Of a stretch of 64,000 bases of DNA, positions 10,308 through 19,908 are shown piece after piece. Positions within the stretch are counted from its first letter, which is position 1, and each line of letters begins with the position of its first letter. Origin of the DNA: Candidatus Cloacimonadales bacterium (GTDB lineage Bacteria; Cloacimonadota; Cloacimonadia; Cloacimonadales; DAONDQ01). The notes under the pieces are model-generated. The model ran no database searches. It had not been told where the DNA came from and was given only the letters and a program-made list of their open reading frames with translations. The stretch covers positions 288,001-352,000 of the forward strand of contig OY759316.1 in assembly GCA_963662275.1 (NCBI GenBank), given 5' to 3'. The translations under genes were made by a program, and so were the position numbers.

Positions 10308-11503
10308 TTCTTCTCTGATTGATTTGTATAATCCATGGTTATATTGATATTCGTTCCTTTGTCCGGCAAGGATAAAATGGTAAGCTCAAATCCGTGCTGG
10401 CCAAGAATCTGTTGGACAATTGCCATCCCCAATCCTGTGCCGTTCGCTTTGGTTGTGAAGAATGGCTCTGTGATATGCTCGAGGATATCTGCCTTTATGC
10501 CTGAACCAGTATCTGTCACATACAATTTCAAGGTTTTTTCAGACAATTTCTCTATCCCGACATGAATGAACTTTTCCTGCGTATTCTCCATGGCATCAAT
10601 AGCGTTATTGATTAGATTGAGCAACACCTGCTTCAATTGTTCAGCATCGGCTTTGACAATATATTCGCCTGCTTCACCAGTTAGATATTCATACCTGATG
10701 TGATTATCTGCCAGTGAATTCTCATACAGTTTTTCCACATTTGTTAGTAAAAGACTCAGATCCGTTTCCTGGAAAATTGCCTGTCTCGGTTTAGAGAAGT
10801 CCAGCATATCCTTGGTAATCATATTGATTCTATCCACTTCTGCAATCACATTTTGAGCAACATCCTTCATCTCGTCCTGCTCCACGACGGATTGCAGCAA
10901 TTGTACTGAACTGCGGATGGAAGTGAGAGGGTTTCTTATCTCATGGGCAAGGGAAGAAGACATTCTGCCCACCATCGCCATTTTCTTTTGCTGGTAGCTT
11001 GAGTCTCGCTGCTGTAGCTCACGGTCGAATCTTGCAGTTTCCGTATAGGATAAGGCAGTGAGCTGAAACAGTGATTGCAGGAAGAACTTCTGGTCTTTTT
11101 TTATCGGCTTACCTTTGATCAAAACAAGCAGGGGAATATTGTTTCTGAGCAGCATTGGGAATATATACCGAATATCGAGATCACCAAAGCATAGTAAATC
11201 CTCTTTCACATATTCCAGGATACTTCCTGCCAGTTCCATACATTTCTGGTTACGATTCAACCAGGAAACGATGACAGATTTCGCAGATAGAATAATGCCT
11301 TTCTCTTCGAGTACATAATTGTCGTCTATTCGGGGAAGGAAGTAAATATCATGATGAGGAAAGAGTTCTTTTAACCTGCCTTCCGTCAAGTCCAGGATCA
11401 TTTGTTTATCGACGAGGAGGGCATAGGAATTGATTAATTCTCCCATCATAAGAAAATTAAAGGAATTCTTATAGGGTGTAAATAATGATTTCCACCTAAT
11501 CAA
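10304..11503 (-). CDS. Soluble sensor histidine kinase with GAF-like N-terminus
   Basis: H-box LAHEIRNPL, N-box NLINNAIDA, DTGSG, PFFTTK, GTGLG; no clear TM helix. Confidence 0.9.
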   Translation of the reverse strand: MIRWKSLFTPYKNSFNFLMMGELINSYALLVDKQMILDLTEGRLKELFPHHDIYFLPRIDDNYVLEEKGIILSAKSVIVSWLNRNQKCMELAGSILEYVKEDLLCFGDLDIRYIFPMLLRNNIPLLVLIKGKPIKKDQKFFLQSLFQLTALSYTETARFDRELQQRDSSYQQKKMAMVGRMSSSLAHEIRNPLTSIRSSVQLLQSVVEQDEMKDVAQNVIAEVDRINMITKDMLDFSKPRQAIFQETDLSLLLTNVEKLYENSLADNHIRYEYLTGEAGEYIVKADAEQLKQVLLNLINNAIDAMENTQEKFIHVGIEKLSEKTLKLYVTDTGSGIKADILEHITEPFFTTKANGTGLGMAIVQQILGQHGFELTILSLPDKGTNINITMDYTNQSEKK

Positions 11504-11531
11504 TGCATCACTCCCTCATGTTTTTCTTATT

Positions 11532-12245
11532 TTAAGAGATATTTCCTTCCATATAGTCAAGGTAAATCTTTTGCAGATCTTCATACTCAAGCTCTTTGCT
11601 GGTCTTTGTCATAACCAGTAGTCCATCCTTCATAATGCCGACAATATCTGCCATTTCCTTTGCCCTGAAGATATCGTGCGTTGACATCAGGATAGCCTTT
11701 CCCTTGTGCTTTAATTCGATCAGTAGATTCTGGAAGTCGAAGGCTGCCTTCGGATCAAGACCTGAAAACGGTTCATCCATTATGATCAGATCTGCATCCT
11801 TGATTATGGCTATAGCGATACCTGTTTTCTGTCTCATTCCCTTCGAATAGGTGGAGGTATGCTTATGAATAAAATCATCCTGCAAACCGATATCCCGCAG
11901 CAAATTTTCCAGTTCCACCTTTGTATGCTTCTTCCCAGCCAATTTATCAAAGAATGCCAGGTTCTGGTAGCCAGTGAAGTTATCATAGAGCATCACATTC
12001 TCAGATAAATAGGCTATCTTCTTTCTTGCAGGAAGTGGGTCTTTCAAAGCATTGATACCATCAATGAAGAACTCTCCTGAAGTGGGACTGATAAACCCGC
12101 AGAGCAAATTGATTGCTGTTGATTTTCCAGCTCCATTGGCACCTAAAAGAATGTACATTTCACCTTTTTCAAGATTCAGGCTCAGGTTATCCAAAGCCAG
12201 TTTACCATCTTCATAGCGCTTGCTTAAGTTTTTTATCGTTAACAT
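11532..12245 (-). CDS. ABC transporter ATP-binding protein
   Basis: GANGAGKS, YSKGM signature, IIMDE, STH. Start moved to ATG 12245 (RBS AAGGAG). Confidence 0.95.
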   Translation of the reverse strand: MLTIKNLSKRYEDGKLALDNLSLNLEKGEMYILLGANGAGKSTAINLLCGFISPTSGEFFIDGINALKDPLPARKKIAYLSENVMLYDNFTGYQNLAFFDKLAGKKHTKVELENLLRDIGLQDDFIHKHTSTYSKGMRQKTGIAIAIIKDADLIIMDEPFSGLDPKAAFDFQNLLIELKHKGKAILMSTHDIFRAKEMADIVGIMKDGLLVMTKTSKELEYEDLQKIYLDYMEGNIS

Positions 12246-12308
12246 AATCTCTCCTTTGTATTGTAAAGCAAGACGCCGTTCTTGCTTATGTTGTCTTGCA
12301 TCTTCGTC

Positions 12309-12506
12309 GTGGAGTAGGATTCCGATCCTACTGAACACGCAGCTTTTGATAAAGTTTAACTATCAGTCTCGTATGCAGTAGGATCGGAATCCTACTCCAC
12401 ATTTCACGATCTTTTTCAGTCTCGTATGCAGTAGGATCGGAATCCTACTCCACATTTCACGATCTTTTTCAGTCTCGTATGCAGTAGGATCGGAATCCTA
12501 CTCCAC
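12309..12506. repeat. REP-like cluster: one inverted copy plus a 53-bp tandem unit x3 with the hairpin AGTAGGAT-CGGA-ATCCTACT-CCAC
   Basis: Units start at 12363, 12416 and 12469 (third partial); inverted copy at 12309-12333. Related copies at 30392, 42569, 42601 and 45322. Confidence 0.9.
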
Positions 12507-12515
12507 TTCCCAGAT

Positions 12516-13931
12516 TTATCTCACATCAAAATGAATGATCTTGAAATATACGATCACCCAAACCAGGGCATTGATCAAAATCAGGATTAACAAATATGGC
12601 AGGATTATATGGAATTTCTTCACAGCATTATCCTGTCGATAATCCATCATTACCAGCCTATTAATATGATTGTAAGGCTTCATTGAAAATAGAGATTTTT
12701 CTATCATACCGGCATCACCTTCAGCATTGGCATAATAGAAATGCATACTATTTGGGTCTGCCTTATCTTGGGATACAATATCCTGTTTGATTTCATTATA
12801 TCTTTGTTCGAATTGAGACAGGCTGTTTTTAAAGTGATAATACCCAATATCCAGCAGGATATCCATCATGTTATCCATCAATCCCATAGGTGAAATGGAA
12901 GCAATCTTCTGCTTCATTTCAATTTGCCGGTAAAAGTCTTCATTTTGTTTGTTATACTCTTTACTGAGAGCCAGGTTTGATTCATAAAATCCTTTTACTC
13001 TCATCCCATTTTCAAGGTGCATATTCCCGTCCACAGTATTGAAACCATCGGGTGTAAAAGCTTTATCTCTCCAATACGTGTAAACCTTCCCTTTTGCATC
13101 CGTTAGTTCTTTATCATAAACTGACTGTGACTTGACCGGGAGTAGTTTCTTTGCAACGATATTGGCTCCCTGCGGTATGATGATGATAAAGAGCAACCAG
13201 ACGGTCATGGTAATAATGATGCTGTTTCGATAATTGCGACTCATGGAAATCAATATTCCCAGTATGATGAAGAAGCAGAAGTAGGGAATGAAGAGCAGCA
13301 AGGTTAATACATTGGTGATCAGGATGGAGGAAGAGAAATTACTTGTGAGAGCCATCATGAGTATGGTTGAGATAACAAAACCTGGTAGAATAGCTAATAT
13401 TACAATGATCAGAGTGCTTAGGAATTTGCTGAACAGCACTTGGAATCTTGTCACTCCTTCGACGATTACCAGCCTGAATGTACCGTTCTGCTTTTCGTTG
13501 GAAATCACATCATAACTAATCAGTAAACACATCAGGCTACCCAGAATACCAAAGATAAAAGCCCAATCCAATCTGAAGAATGTTTTTGAAGGATAGCTGA
13601 TATCATACTTCTGGGGTCTGAATGTTTCCAGTTCTGTCATTAAGCCTGTAGGAAATCCGGGCTTCACTGTTATATATGCTGATTTGTAGATATTTTCAAA
13701 GAAATAGACCTGCCCGACACGTATGAGATGCTGCATGCTTGAGTTGTTGTCAGCGCTATCCTGTTTACATTGACTGATCAGTTGCTGATAATAGCTGTCA
13801 GTTGCTTTTTCACGGGAAGCTCCATTAAAACTGCAGATAACAAAGAGAATGAACATGATCAGCAATAGTACCTGGAATTTAAAGTCTTTGAGCAACAGCG
13901 TGATATCTTTCCAGAAAATAGTCTTTAACAT
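12516..13931 (-). CDS. ABC-2 type permease with large extracytoplasmic domains
   Basis: About 6 TM helices; ISNEKQNGTFRL (EKxxGT) motif. Confidence 0.85.
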   Translation of the reverse strand: MLKTIFWKDITLLLKDFKFQVLLLIMFILFVICSFNGASREKATDSYYQQLISQCKQDSADNNSSMQHLIRVGQVYFFENIYKSAYITVKPGFPTGLMTELETFRPQKYDISYPSKTFFRLDWAFIFGILGSLMCLLISYDVISNEKQNGTFRLVIVEGVTRFQVLFSKFLSTLIIVILAILPGFVISTILMMALTSNFSSSILITNVLTLLLFIPYFCFFIILGILISMSRNYRNSIIITMTVWLLFIIIIPQGANIVAKKLLPVKSQSVYDKELTDAKGKVYTYWRDKAFTPDGFNTVDGNMHLENGMRVKGFYESNLALSKEYNKQNEDFYRQIEMKQKIASISPMGLMDNMMDILLDIGYYHFKNSLSQFEQRYNEIKQDIVSQDKADPNSMHFYYANAEGDAGMIEKSLFSMKPYNHINRLVMMDYRQDNAVKKFHIILPYLLILILINALVWVIVYFKIIHFDVR

Positions 13932-13937
13932 GATTCC

Positions 13938-15449
13938 CTACCTTATATCATACTTTTTAAAGAGGTTCAGGTCCCAGAGGAATAACCCAAGGATAAATAG
14001 AAGCAAGAAACAAAAATAGATGTATGAACTTCTTACCATCGTCATCAAAGAAGATTCTTTATATTCATACTTGGGAAGATTGGGAATCGTGAATTTGAAG
14101 CGATGTAGATCCATTTGCTTAATGAGATCAGTTCTCGATTTGACAGTCCGTACATCACGCATCGTAAAGGAAGTATCAACAATAGCAAAAAATTGCCTGC
14201 TAATCAGCCATTTATCACGGATTCCCTGGGATACAATCTTATCCCGAATTTGATTTGCATCTGTCAGGAATGTTCCATAATCACTCATGGAGCATCCGGA
14301 TATGTTCTCCGCTATTCTCATCAGGCAAATCCTGGGATTATAAAATTGCAACTGGTCACTGAATATGTAATTATCATCTTCTGCTTTATCTCTCAGGATA
14401 CGCAGTTCACTCAATCTCTTATTCAAAGGGAAGACCTTCTTATAAGTGTCCCGTATGTAGTTAACATGAACATTTTCCACTTCTACTGTGGATAAGACTG
14501 TCGTTTGATCAATGATATTGTTCCACTGAAGATGCCCACCATTATGAAGATTATTATCTCTATCAACTTCAAGCCACTTTTCCGCCTTTTGATTCCAAAC
14601 CATCTCAAATTCTTTCTGGTATTTATCAAAGGAATTATCATGTTTGAATTTTCCTGTGAGAAGGGGCATTGTCATCGGGAGTATCATCAGTAAAGCAATC
14701 CAGCAAAAAATGGCATAGACTAAGGATTTACCGGGACTCTTTGTGAGCAGGGATGTCCAGATTCCTAACAAAATAAAGCATGTTGAAAAAATACTGATGG
14801 CAATCAAATACAATATCCATTGCTGCATAAATCCAACTGTGATTAAAGAAGGGAACATGACGAGTAAGATAATTAAACTGATAAAAAAGGGAATGAATAT
14901 GACCATATTCACAAAAAGGAAAGTACCTACGATCTTTTTCAGCAGGAAATGGCACCTCTTCAATTCAAAAGTCATTAGCAATCTCAGTGTGCCATCCTTC
15001 TTTTCCCCATTTACACTGTCAAAAGTGATGAGTAGTATAAAGAGTGATAAAAAGAATATGATCAATGTCGTTATGTCCAGCTTGACCGTATCCCTGAAAA
15101 AGCGCTGCGCTGCAGAATTCCCTTCTGTTGTGGAGTCTAAAACTTCAAATAAGGGACTATCAACGAGGTGTCCCATCCTGAGAAATCCACCTTCATGATA
15201 TATAGTGAACAATACAGGTGGAAATATCGCCTGGGCATGGATATAACTGTATATCGGCATATCCTTATCATAATCTGCAAACATCTGCTGATCTGCAATA
15301 TACGATTGTCTTTGCTGCTTGAAGTCATCCACCCTGATCCAAAAGACTAAGGCGAACATCACGATGAATACAAGCAAAGACCAGACGACCCGGTTGCTTT
15401 TTAGTAAGGATTGGATTTCTTGTTTTAAAAGTACTTTAAACATCTCCAC
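13938..15449 (-). CDS. ABC-2 type permease, paralogue of the neighbouring permease
   Basis: VNGEKKDGTLRLL motif; same topology as 12516..13931. Confidence 0.85.
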   Translation of the reverse strand: MEMFKVLLKQEIQSLLKSNRVVWSLLVFIVMFALVFWIRVDDFKQQRQSYIADQQMFADYDKDMPIYSYIHAQAIFPPVLFTIYHEGGFLRMGHLVDSPLFEVLDSTTEGNSAAQRFFRDTVKLDITTLIIFFLSLFILLITFDSVNGEKKDGTLRLLMTFELKRCHFLLKKIVGTFLFVNMVIFIPFFISLIILLVMFPSLITVGFMQQWILYLIAISIFSTCFILLGIWTSLLTKSPGKSLVYAIFCWIALLMILPMTMPLLTGKFKHDNSFDKYQKEFEMVWNQKAEKWLEVDRDNNLHNGGHLQWNNIIDQTTVLSTVEVENVHVNYIRDTYKKVFPLNKRLSELRILRDKAEDDNYIFSDQLQFYNPRICLMRIAENISGCSMSDYGTFLTDANQIRDKIVSQGIRDKWLISRQFFAIVDTSFTMRDVRTVKSRTDLIKQMDLHRFKFTIPNLPKYEYKESSLMTMVRSSYIYFCFLLLFILGLFLWDLNLFKKYDIR

Positions 15450-15451
15450 CT

Positions 15452-16879
15452 CTAATTCTTAGAAATTCTGATCATTCCATACACCAGTCCGCCCACAAAT
15501 GCCAAAGCTAATAGTATAGAACCTATGATTAACCACACATTACCCTTTTCCTGGATTTCCAGTTTGATCTGCTGCTCTGGAGTTTGTACCGGCTTATCGA
15601 CATTCTTTCCCGCAATCACTAATTTGACATCGTAAATTCCCTTACCTGTATTGTCAGAAGGTATGATTACTATCTTGATTTTTACTTTCTCTTTTGGTTC
15701 CAGTTTCGTTATTTGGGCAGGAACTACTTTATACTCCCAATTCGACGGAAGATTGAGATCGTAACTGATATTAGTTACGGGCTTAATACCCTTATTCTCT
15801 ATAATAACGGGATATATTTCCAGTGATTTGCCTTTGTTTATTTGATAATATAAGTTCTGGAGGCTAACAATTAGCTCTGCTTTCCCGGAAGGAGTTATCT
15901 GCAAATCAACAGCACCAGCTATTTCCCTAGCTTTATTCGTTAAATTCAAAGTAAAGGGGAGAGGTTTATCCATCACAATGTTAGTACCTGATTTTTCCGG
16001 GATGGTTACGTAGAGTATGTAGTATTGTTTTGCCTGGTTGGTGGAAAATACCAGATCAGAGACATTCACATTATTGCTTTCATTCACGATAGACCAGGAA
16101 AATCCTGGGGGTAGATTCAATATTTTCGGCACCAGGTTCTTCCTGCCATCTCCGAAATATTCCATCGTCAAATGGAATGCTGCTGTCTCTCCATTCTGTA
16201 CATCCTGGGCATAAAGATCAGAGGTTATAGTCACCGAATTACTCGTTCCTTTACGTTTCAATAAAATCTTCTTCTCTGAAATTTGATCCCCGTAGTTCAC
16301 TGAAACAAGAACTGATTCCACATCTTTCAGTAAAGAAAACCGGATCTTCTTCTCCATTCCCAGTTTCAAGCTTTGAATATGATATTCATAAGGCTGCGAA
16401 ATAATATTCTTCTGTTCATCCTGTAAGGAAACATATAAATTATACATTGTATCAGGATGTAACTGGCTATTCTCTCCTATCTCATTAGATGCAGCTTCCT
16501 CCATGGCATAATTTCCTCCAGAAGTATTGGCTAATGTTAATTCTACATAAGTCTGACCGTCTTCCTGCTGGGTTTTATATGCCGATACTACTGAAATATA
16601 GGGTTTATCATAGATGACTGATAACATATATTGGTCATAATTCAATTTATCATTGCGATATTGCGATTCATATTGCTGATATTCGGTTTGGGAAATACAT
16701 TTTTTATCCAGTAGCTCCCGGGCATTCTTCATATCTTGTTCTGACTGCTCCATTCTCAGTTTCGCTTTCTGCACGGCGAGGATTTTGAAGCGTTCATCGT
16801 TAGGATTATATTCCTGGTAGGTTACCGCATCCAGGAAACTGAGAATGAATAACAGTCTGAACAAAATTATAAATTTCAT
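15452..16879 (-). CDS. Exported protein with coiled-coil hairpin, Ig-like/NEW3 domains and C-terminal TM anchor
   Basis: Signal peptide; helical hairpin at about aa 38-83; NEW3-like IENKG...LPSNWEYKVVP..I.KLEP...G.YDVK; C-terminal TM (VWLIIGSILLALAFVGGLVYGMI). Confidence 0.8.
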   Translation of the reverse strand: MKFIILFRLLFILSFLDAVTYQEYNPNDERFKILAVQKAKLRMEQSEQDMKNARELLDKKCISQTEYQQYESQYRNDKLNYDQYMLSVIYDKPYISVVSAYKTQQEDGQTYVELTLANTSGGNYAMEEAASNEIGENSQLHPDTMYNLYVSLQDEQKNIISQPYEYHIQSLKLGMEKKIRFSLLKDVESVLVSVNYGDQISEKKILLKRKGTSNSVTITSDLYAQDVQNGETAAFHLTMEYFGDGRKNLVPKILNLPPGFSWSIVNESNNVNVSDLVFSTNQAKQYYILYVTIPEKSGTNIVMDKPLPFTLNLTNKAREIAGAVDLQITPSGKAELIVSLQNLYYQINKGKSLEIYPVIIENKGIKPVTNISYDLNLPSNWEYKVVPAQITKLEPKEKVKIKIVIIPSDNTGKGIYDVKLVIAGKNVDKPVQTPEQQIKLEIQEKGNVWLIIGSILLALAFVGGLVYGMIRISKN

Positions 16880-17014
16880 GTATATCCTTTTTCTTTAATT
16901 AAGAATATTACATTTTATGTTCCAGTGTTTCCAGAACAGGAATAAACTACTTAATCTATTGAAAAATAGAAAGATATAGAAAATACATGGGAAGGCTTTA
17001 ATGGATTAATAATG

Positions 17015-17047
17015 ACAATATTGTAAGCTTATCTACAATTTTGTAAG
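17015..17047. promoter_or_regulatory. Tandem quasi-palindromic boxes ACAATWTTGTAAG, candidate activator (UAS) sites
   Basis: Copies at 17015-17027 and 17035-17047, 20 bp apart, upstream of the NEW3/ABC operon that encodes a sigma54 activator. Confidence 0.4.
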
Positions 17048-17180
17048 TTTGAAAGCTAAGAGTTTGGAGTCCAAGTGCTACTCCATAGTTCGAGTAGTTC
17101 TGGAATAGAGCTATATCTGTTTTCATATCACTTAGATTCTACCCAATTCTATCCAACTTGAAACCTATATCCAACTTGGT

Positions 17181-17262
17181 TCATACCTGTTTCGCTAAAC
17201 AGGAATGAAACAGGAATGAAACAGGAATGAAACTGGTATGAAACAGGATTGAAACTGGTATG
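17181..17262. repeat. 11-bp tandem array (AAACWGGWWTG)x6 with one inverted copy
   Basis: Units at 17197, 17208, 17219, 17230, 17241, 17252; inverted TCATACCTGTTT at 17181-17192. Confidence 0.9.
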
Positions 17263-17539
17263 AACTTGGCATCATATATGTGGACTTTGTGACAAACGAC
17301 CGGAATACTTGATACTGGATTGCCGAATTCCACTTCGGTAGTAATGGTAATAGCTAAAAGAGAAAATGATACTGTAAAGAAAAATACAAGTATTGCCATA
17401 AGACATATCCAAAGGGAAGAATATTTCATTTCCTTCTTGACAAAACTATCATACTGATAAAAGCTAATCACATTAATATGAATAAAATACAAGCATCTTA
17501 TACACGCATGTGTAATAAGATGTACAAGGAGAAGCAAAC

Positions 17540-19582
17540 ATGTCAACATTGAAAGATCACTTGGAAGCAAAACGCTTAGCTGCGAAGGATGAGTATATTG
17601 TTCTTTTGTCTGAAGTACAGAAAGTGATGCAGGATTATTCGGGGAAATGTGCCTCTTGCGATCCGTTGGGTGTATTTATCCTGGATTGTGCAAATCTTAT
17701 CCTTACTTTGGCAGAAGTGGAAACATCCCTCACACATGATTTTTATCAACAAGAGAAATTAGAGACATTGAGCCAGAAAAGTGAGTTCTTCTTTCGTGAG
17801 ATTCAAAAGGAAAACTATGATAATAGCTATGCGAATCCCGCTTATGCAGTAAAGATATTCGGTGAACCAAACGGTCAGCTCTTCTCCTACTTATATGTCG
17901 CTATCAGACAAATTCATTCTTATGCTTATATGCATGCTTATCATAAAATGGTTAAATTGATTTTGATGTTCCTGGATACAGTGGCAGCATTGAATAAACA
18001 GGACTGGAAATACGAAGAGTTGAAAAAAATTATCACTTCTCTCGTTATTGAAGACATTGAAAACACATTAACTGAGAATATCTGGACACGATACAGTCCA
18101 GAATATAATTTCAATAAGAGCATCGTGGAAACCAGTGATCTATCTGATTTGAGATATCTCTATCGTTATGGTGTTTACATCACAGAGAATGAGATAAAGA
18201 TGGCGCAATTCATGGCTAAGTATCCTGAAACTGACTTGGCGAACTTGGCTAAAGTTATTGTCCAATCATATGTTGATGGCTTTGTTGGTGGTAATCGAGA
18301 TTTATCAAAAAAGCAAACTGTTACCCTCATGATGAGCGTTGGTCAGGAAAGATTGATGAGACTGGTTATCAAAGAGCTTAGGGGAAGGAACCTTGAACCT
18401 CTAATGACCTCGATGCAGTCATCTCCTATTAATAAGCAATATACTTATGATCATCGATTTGATTCTGCTTTGTATTATTCACAAGAGTATTCAGAGGCTT
18501 TCCTAAAAGCATATAAAAATGCCCTTGAGACAACGAAAGATTTCGTAAAGGCAACTGCAGGTCCGATTTATGTTGAAACTTTCGGTGAAATTCCGTTCTC
18601 ACCTGCAAATAAGAAAGAATGTCTCTCTCTTTCAGAAGAACAAATGAAACTTAGCCGTGAAACTAATAATAAGACAAACCAGATTTATTATTCATATTAT
18701 AAGAAAGATGAAGTCAGTTTTTGCATCATTTCCTTCCCTTCTCCTGAAATTGGAGACAATTTTGAAGAGCTATTTGCAGAAACAGTGAAAATCAATACTC
18801 TTGACAGCAAGCTCTATGCCCGCATCCAGCAGACCATTATTGATACTCTTGACCAAGCTGATTTTGTGCATGTGAAAGGAAAAGCTGGCAATGAAACGGA
18901 TATTATGGTAAAGATGCACGAGATCAAAGACCCTTCTAAAGAGACAAACTTTGAGAACTGTGTTGCTGATGTAAATGTGCCTGTGGGTGAAGTCTTCACC
19001 TCTCCTCTCCTGGCAGGAACCAATGGTGTACTGCATGTGGAAGATACTTATCTTCATGGGATTCGTTATAACAATGTCAAACTCACTTTTACAGATGGCA
19101 TGGTTTCAGATTATACTTGTAAGAACTTTGATAATGAAGCTGACAATAAGAAATTCATCGAAGAGAATCTTCTTTTTCCGCATAAGACTCTTCCCATTGG
19201 TGAATTTGCCATTGGCACGAATACACTGGCGTATGTTTTTGCCAAAAAATATGATATTATGCATCTCCTGCCCATTTTAATCACAGAGAAGATGGGTCCG
19301 CACTTTGCTGTGGGTGATACTTGTTTTTCCTGGGATGAAGAATCAGAGAATATCAATCATCTGAACGGGAAAAAGCTCATTGCAGTTGAAAATGAAAAGA
19401 CCATGCTGCGTAAGACAGATCCGATGCAAGCTTATACACAGTGCCATACGGACATCACACTTCCATATGAAGGCTTGGATACGATATCTGCAGTTCGTAA
19501 AGATGGCTGCCGTGTTGATGTAATTCGCAACGGACGTTTCTGCCTTGCCGGTACGGAGGAATTGAATAAGGCGTTTGAATAG
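17540..19582 (+). CDS. M29-family aminopeptidase (aminopeptidase T-like) with long N-terminal extension
   Basis: NVPVGEVFTSP, IGEFAIGTN, EKMGPHFAVGD, HTDIT. Confidence 0.85.
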   Translation: MSTLKDHLEAKRLAAKDEYIVLLSEVQKVMQDYSGKCASCDPLGVFILDCANLILTLAEVETSLTHDFYQQEKLETLSQKSEFFFREIQKENYDNSYANPAYAVKIFGEPNGQLFSYLYVAIRQIHSYAYMHAYHKMVKLILMFLDTVAALNKQDWKYEELKKIITSLVIEDIENTLTENIWTRYSPEYNFNKSIVETSDLSDLRYLYRYGVYITENEIKMAQFMAKYPETDLANLAKVIVQSYVDGFVGGNRDLSKKQTVTLMMSVGQERLMRLVIKELRGRNLEPLMTSMQSSPINKQYTYDHRFDSALYYSQEYSEAFLKAYKNALETTKDFVKATAGPIYVETFGEIPFSPANKKECLSLSEEQMKLSRETNNKTNQIYYSYYKKDEVSFCIISFPSPEIGDNFEELFAETVKINTLDSKLYARIQQTIIDTLDQADFVHVKGKAGNETDIMVKMHEIKDPSKETNFENCVADVNVPVGEVFTSPLLAGTNGVLHVEDTYLHGIRYNNVKLTFTDGMVSDYTCKNFDNEADNKKFIEENLLFPHKTLPIGEFAIGTNTLAYVFAKKYDIMHLLPILITEKMGPHFAVGDTCFSWDEESENINHLNGKKLIAVENEKTMLRKTDPMQAYTQCHTDITLPYEGLDTISAVRKDGCRVDVIRNGRFCLAGTEELNKAFE

Positions 19583-19594
19583 AAATAATTGAAA

Positions 19595-19742
19595 GACCCC
19601 CCTACCCCCCTTCTCAAGGGGGGACTTTTTGCCAATAAACTTGTGAAGTGACCCCCCTACCCCCCTTCTCAAGGGGGATTTTTTGTCAATAAACTTGTGA
19701 AGTGTAGATTAATCCCCCCTTGAGAAGGGGGGTAGGGGGGTC
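19595..19742. repeat. REP-like G/C-run hairpin GACCCCCCTACCCCCCTTCTCAAGGGGGGA: two direct copies and one inverted
   Basis: 19595-19624, 19650-19678 and inverted 19713-19742; same family at 41665, 42372 and inverted at 49612-49667. Confidence 0.9.
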
Positions 19743-19908
19743 TGTTCCTCGAAATATATTGTTTTATTCTTCTGACAGTTCAGAATTCACCAGGATGTTT
19801 GGAACTTCAGCCCCTTTCGTAAAAATTGCATCAAATAAATAACTTGATTGAATTACCTAAATACGATAATATATACATGAAGATATCTCAATTTTTATTG
19901 GAGGTCTC

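Noticed and set aside
12246..12338. N-terminal extension of the ABC ATPase in the ORF track
   Set aside because: Starts within a REP-like copy; a good RBS precedes ATG 12245. Similar over-long starts were trimmed for the ORFs at 8823, 25370, 30092, 48392 and 63774.
12363..12506. CRISPR array
   Set aside because: The sequences between hairpins are identical, so this is a tandem repeat; no cas genes in the window.
17181..17570. 129-aa minus-strand ORF
   Set aside because: Runs through the 11-bp array and the promoter region and overlaps the aminopeptidase start; likely spurious.
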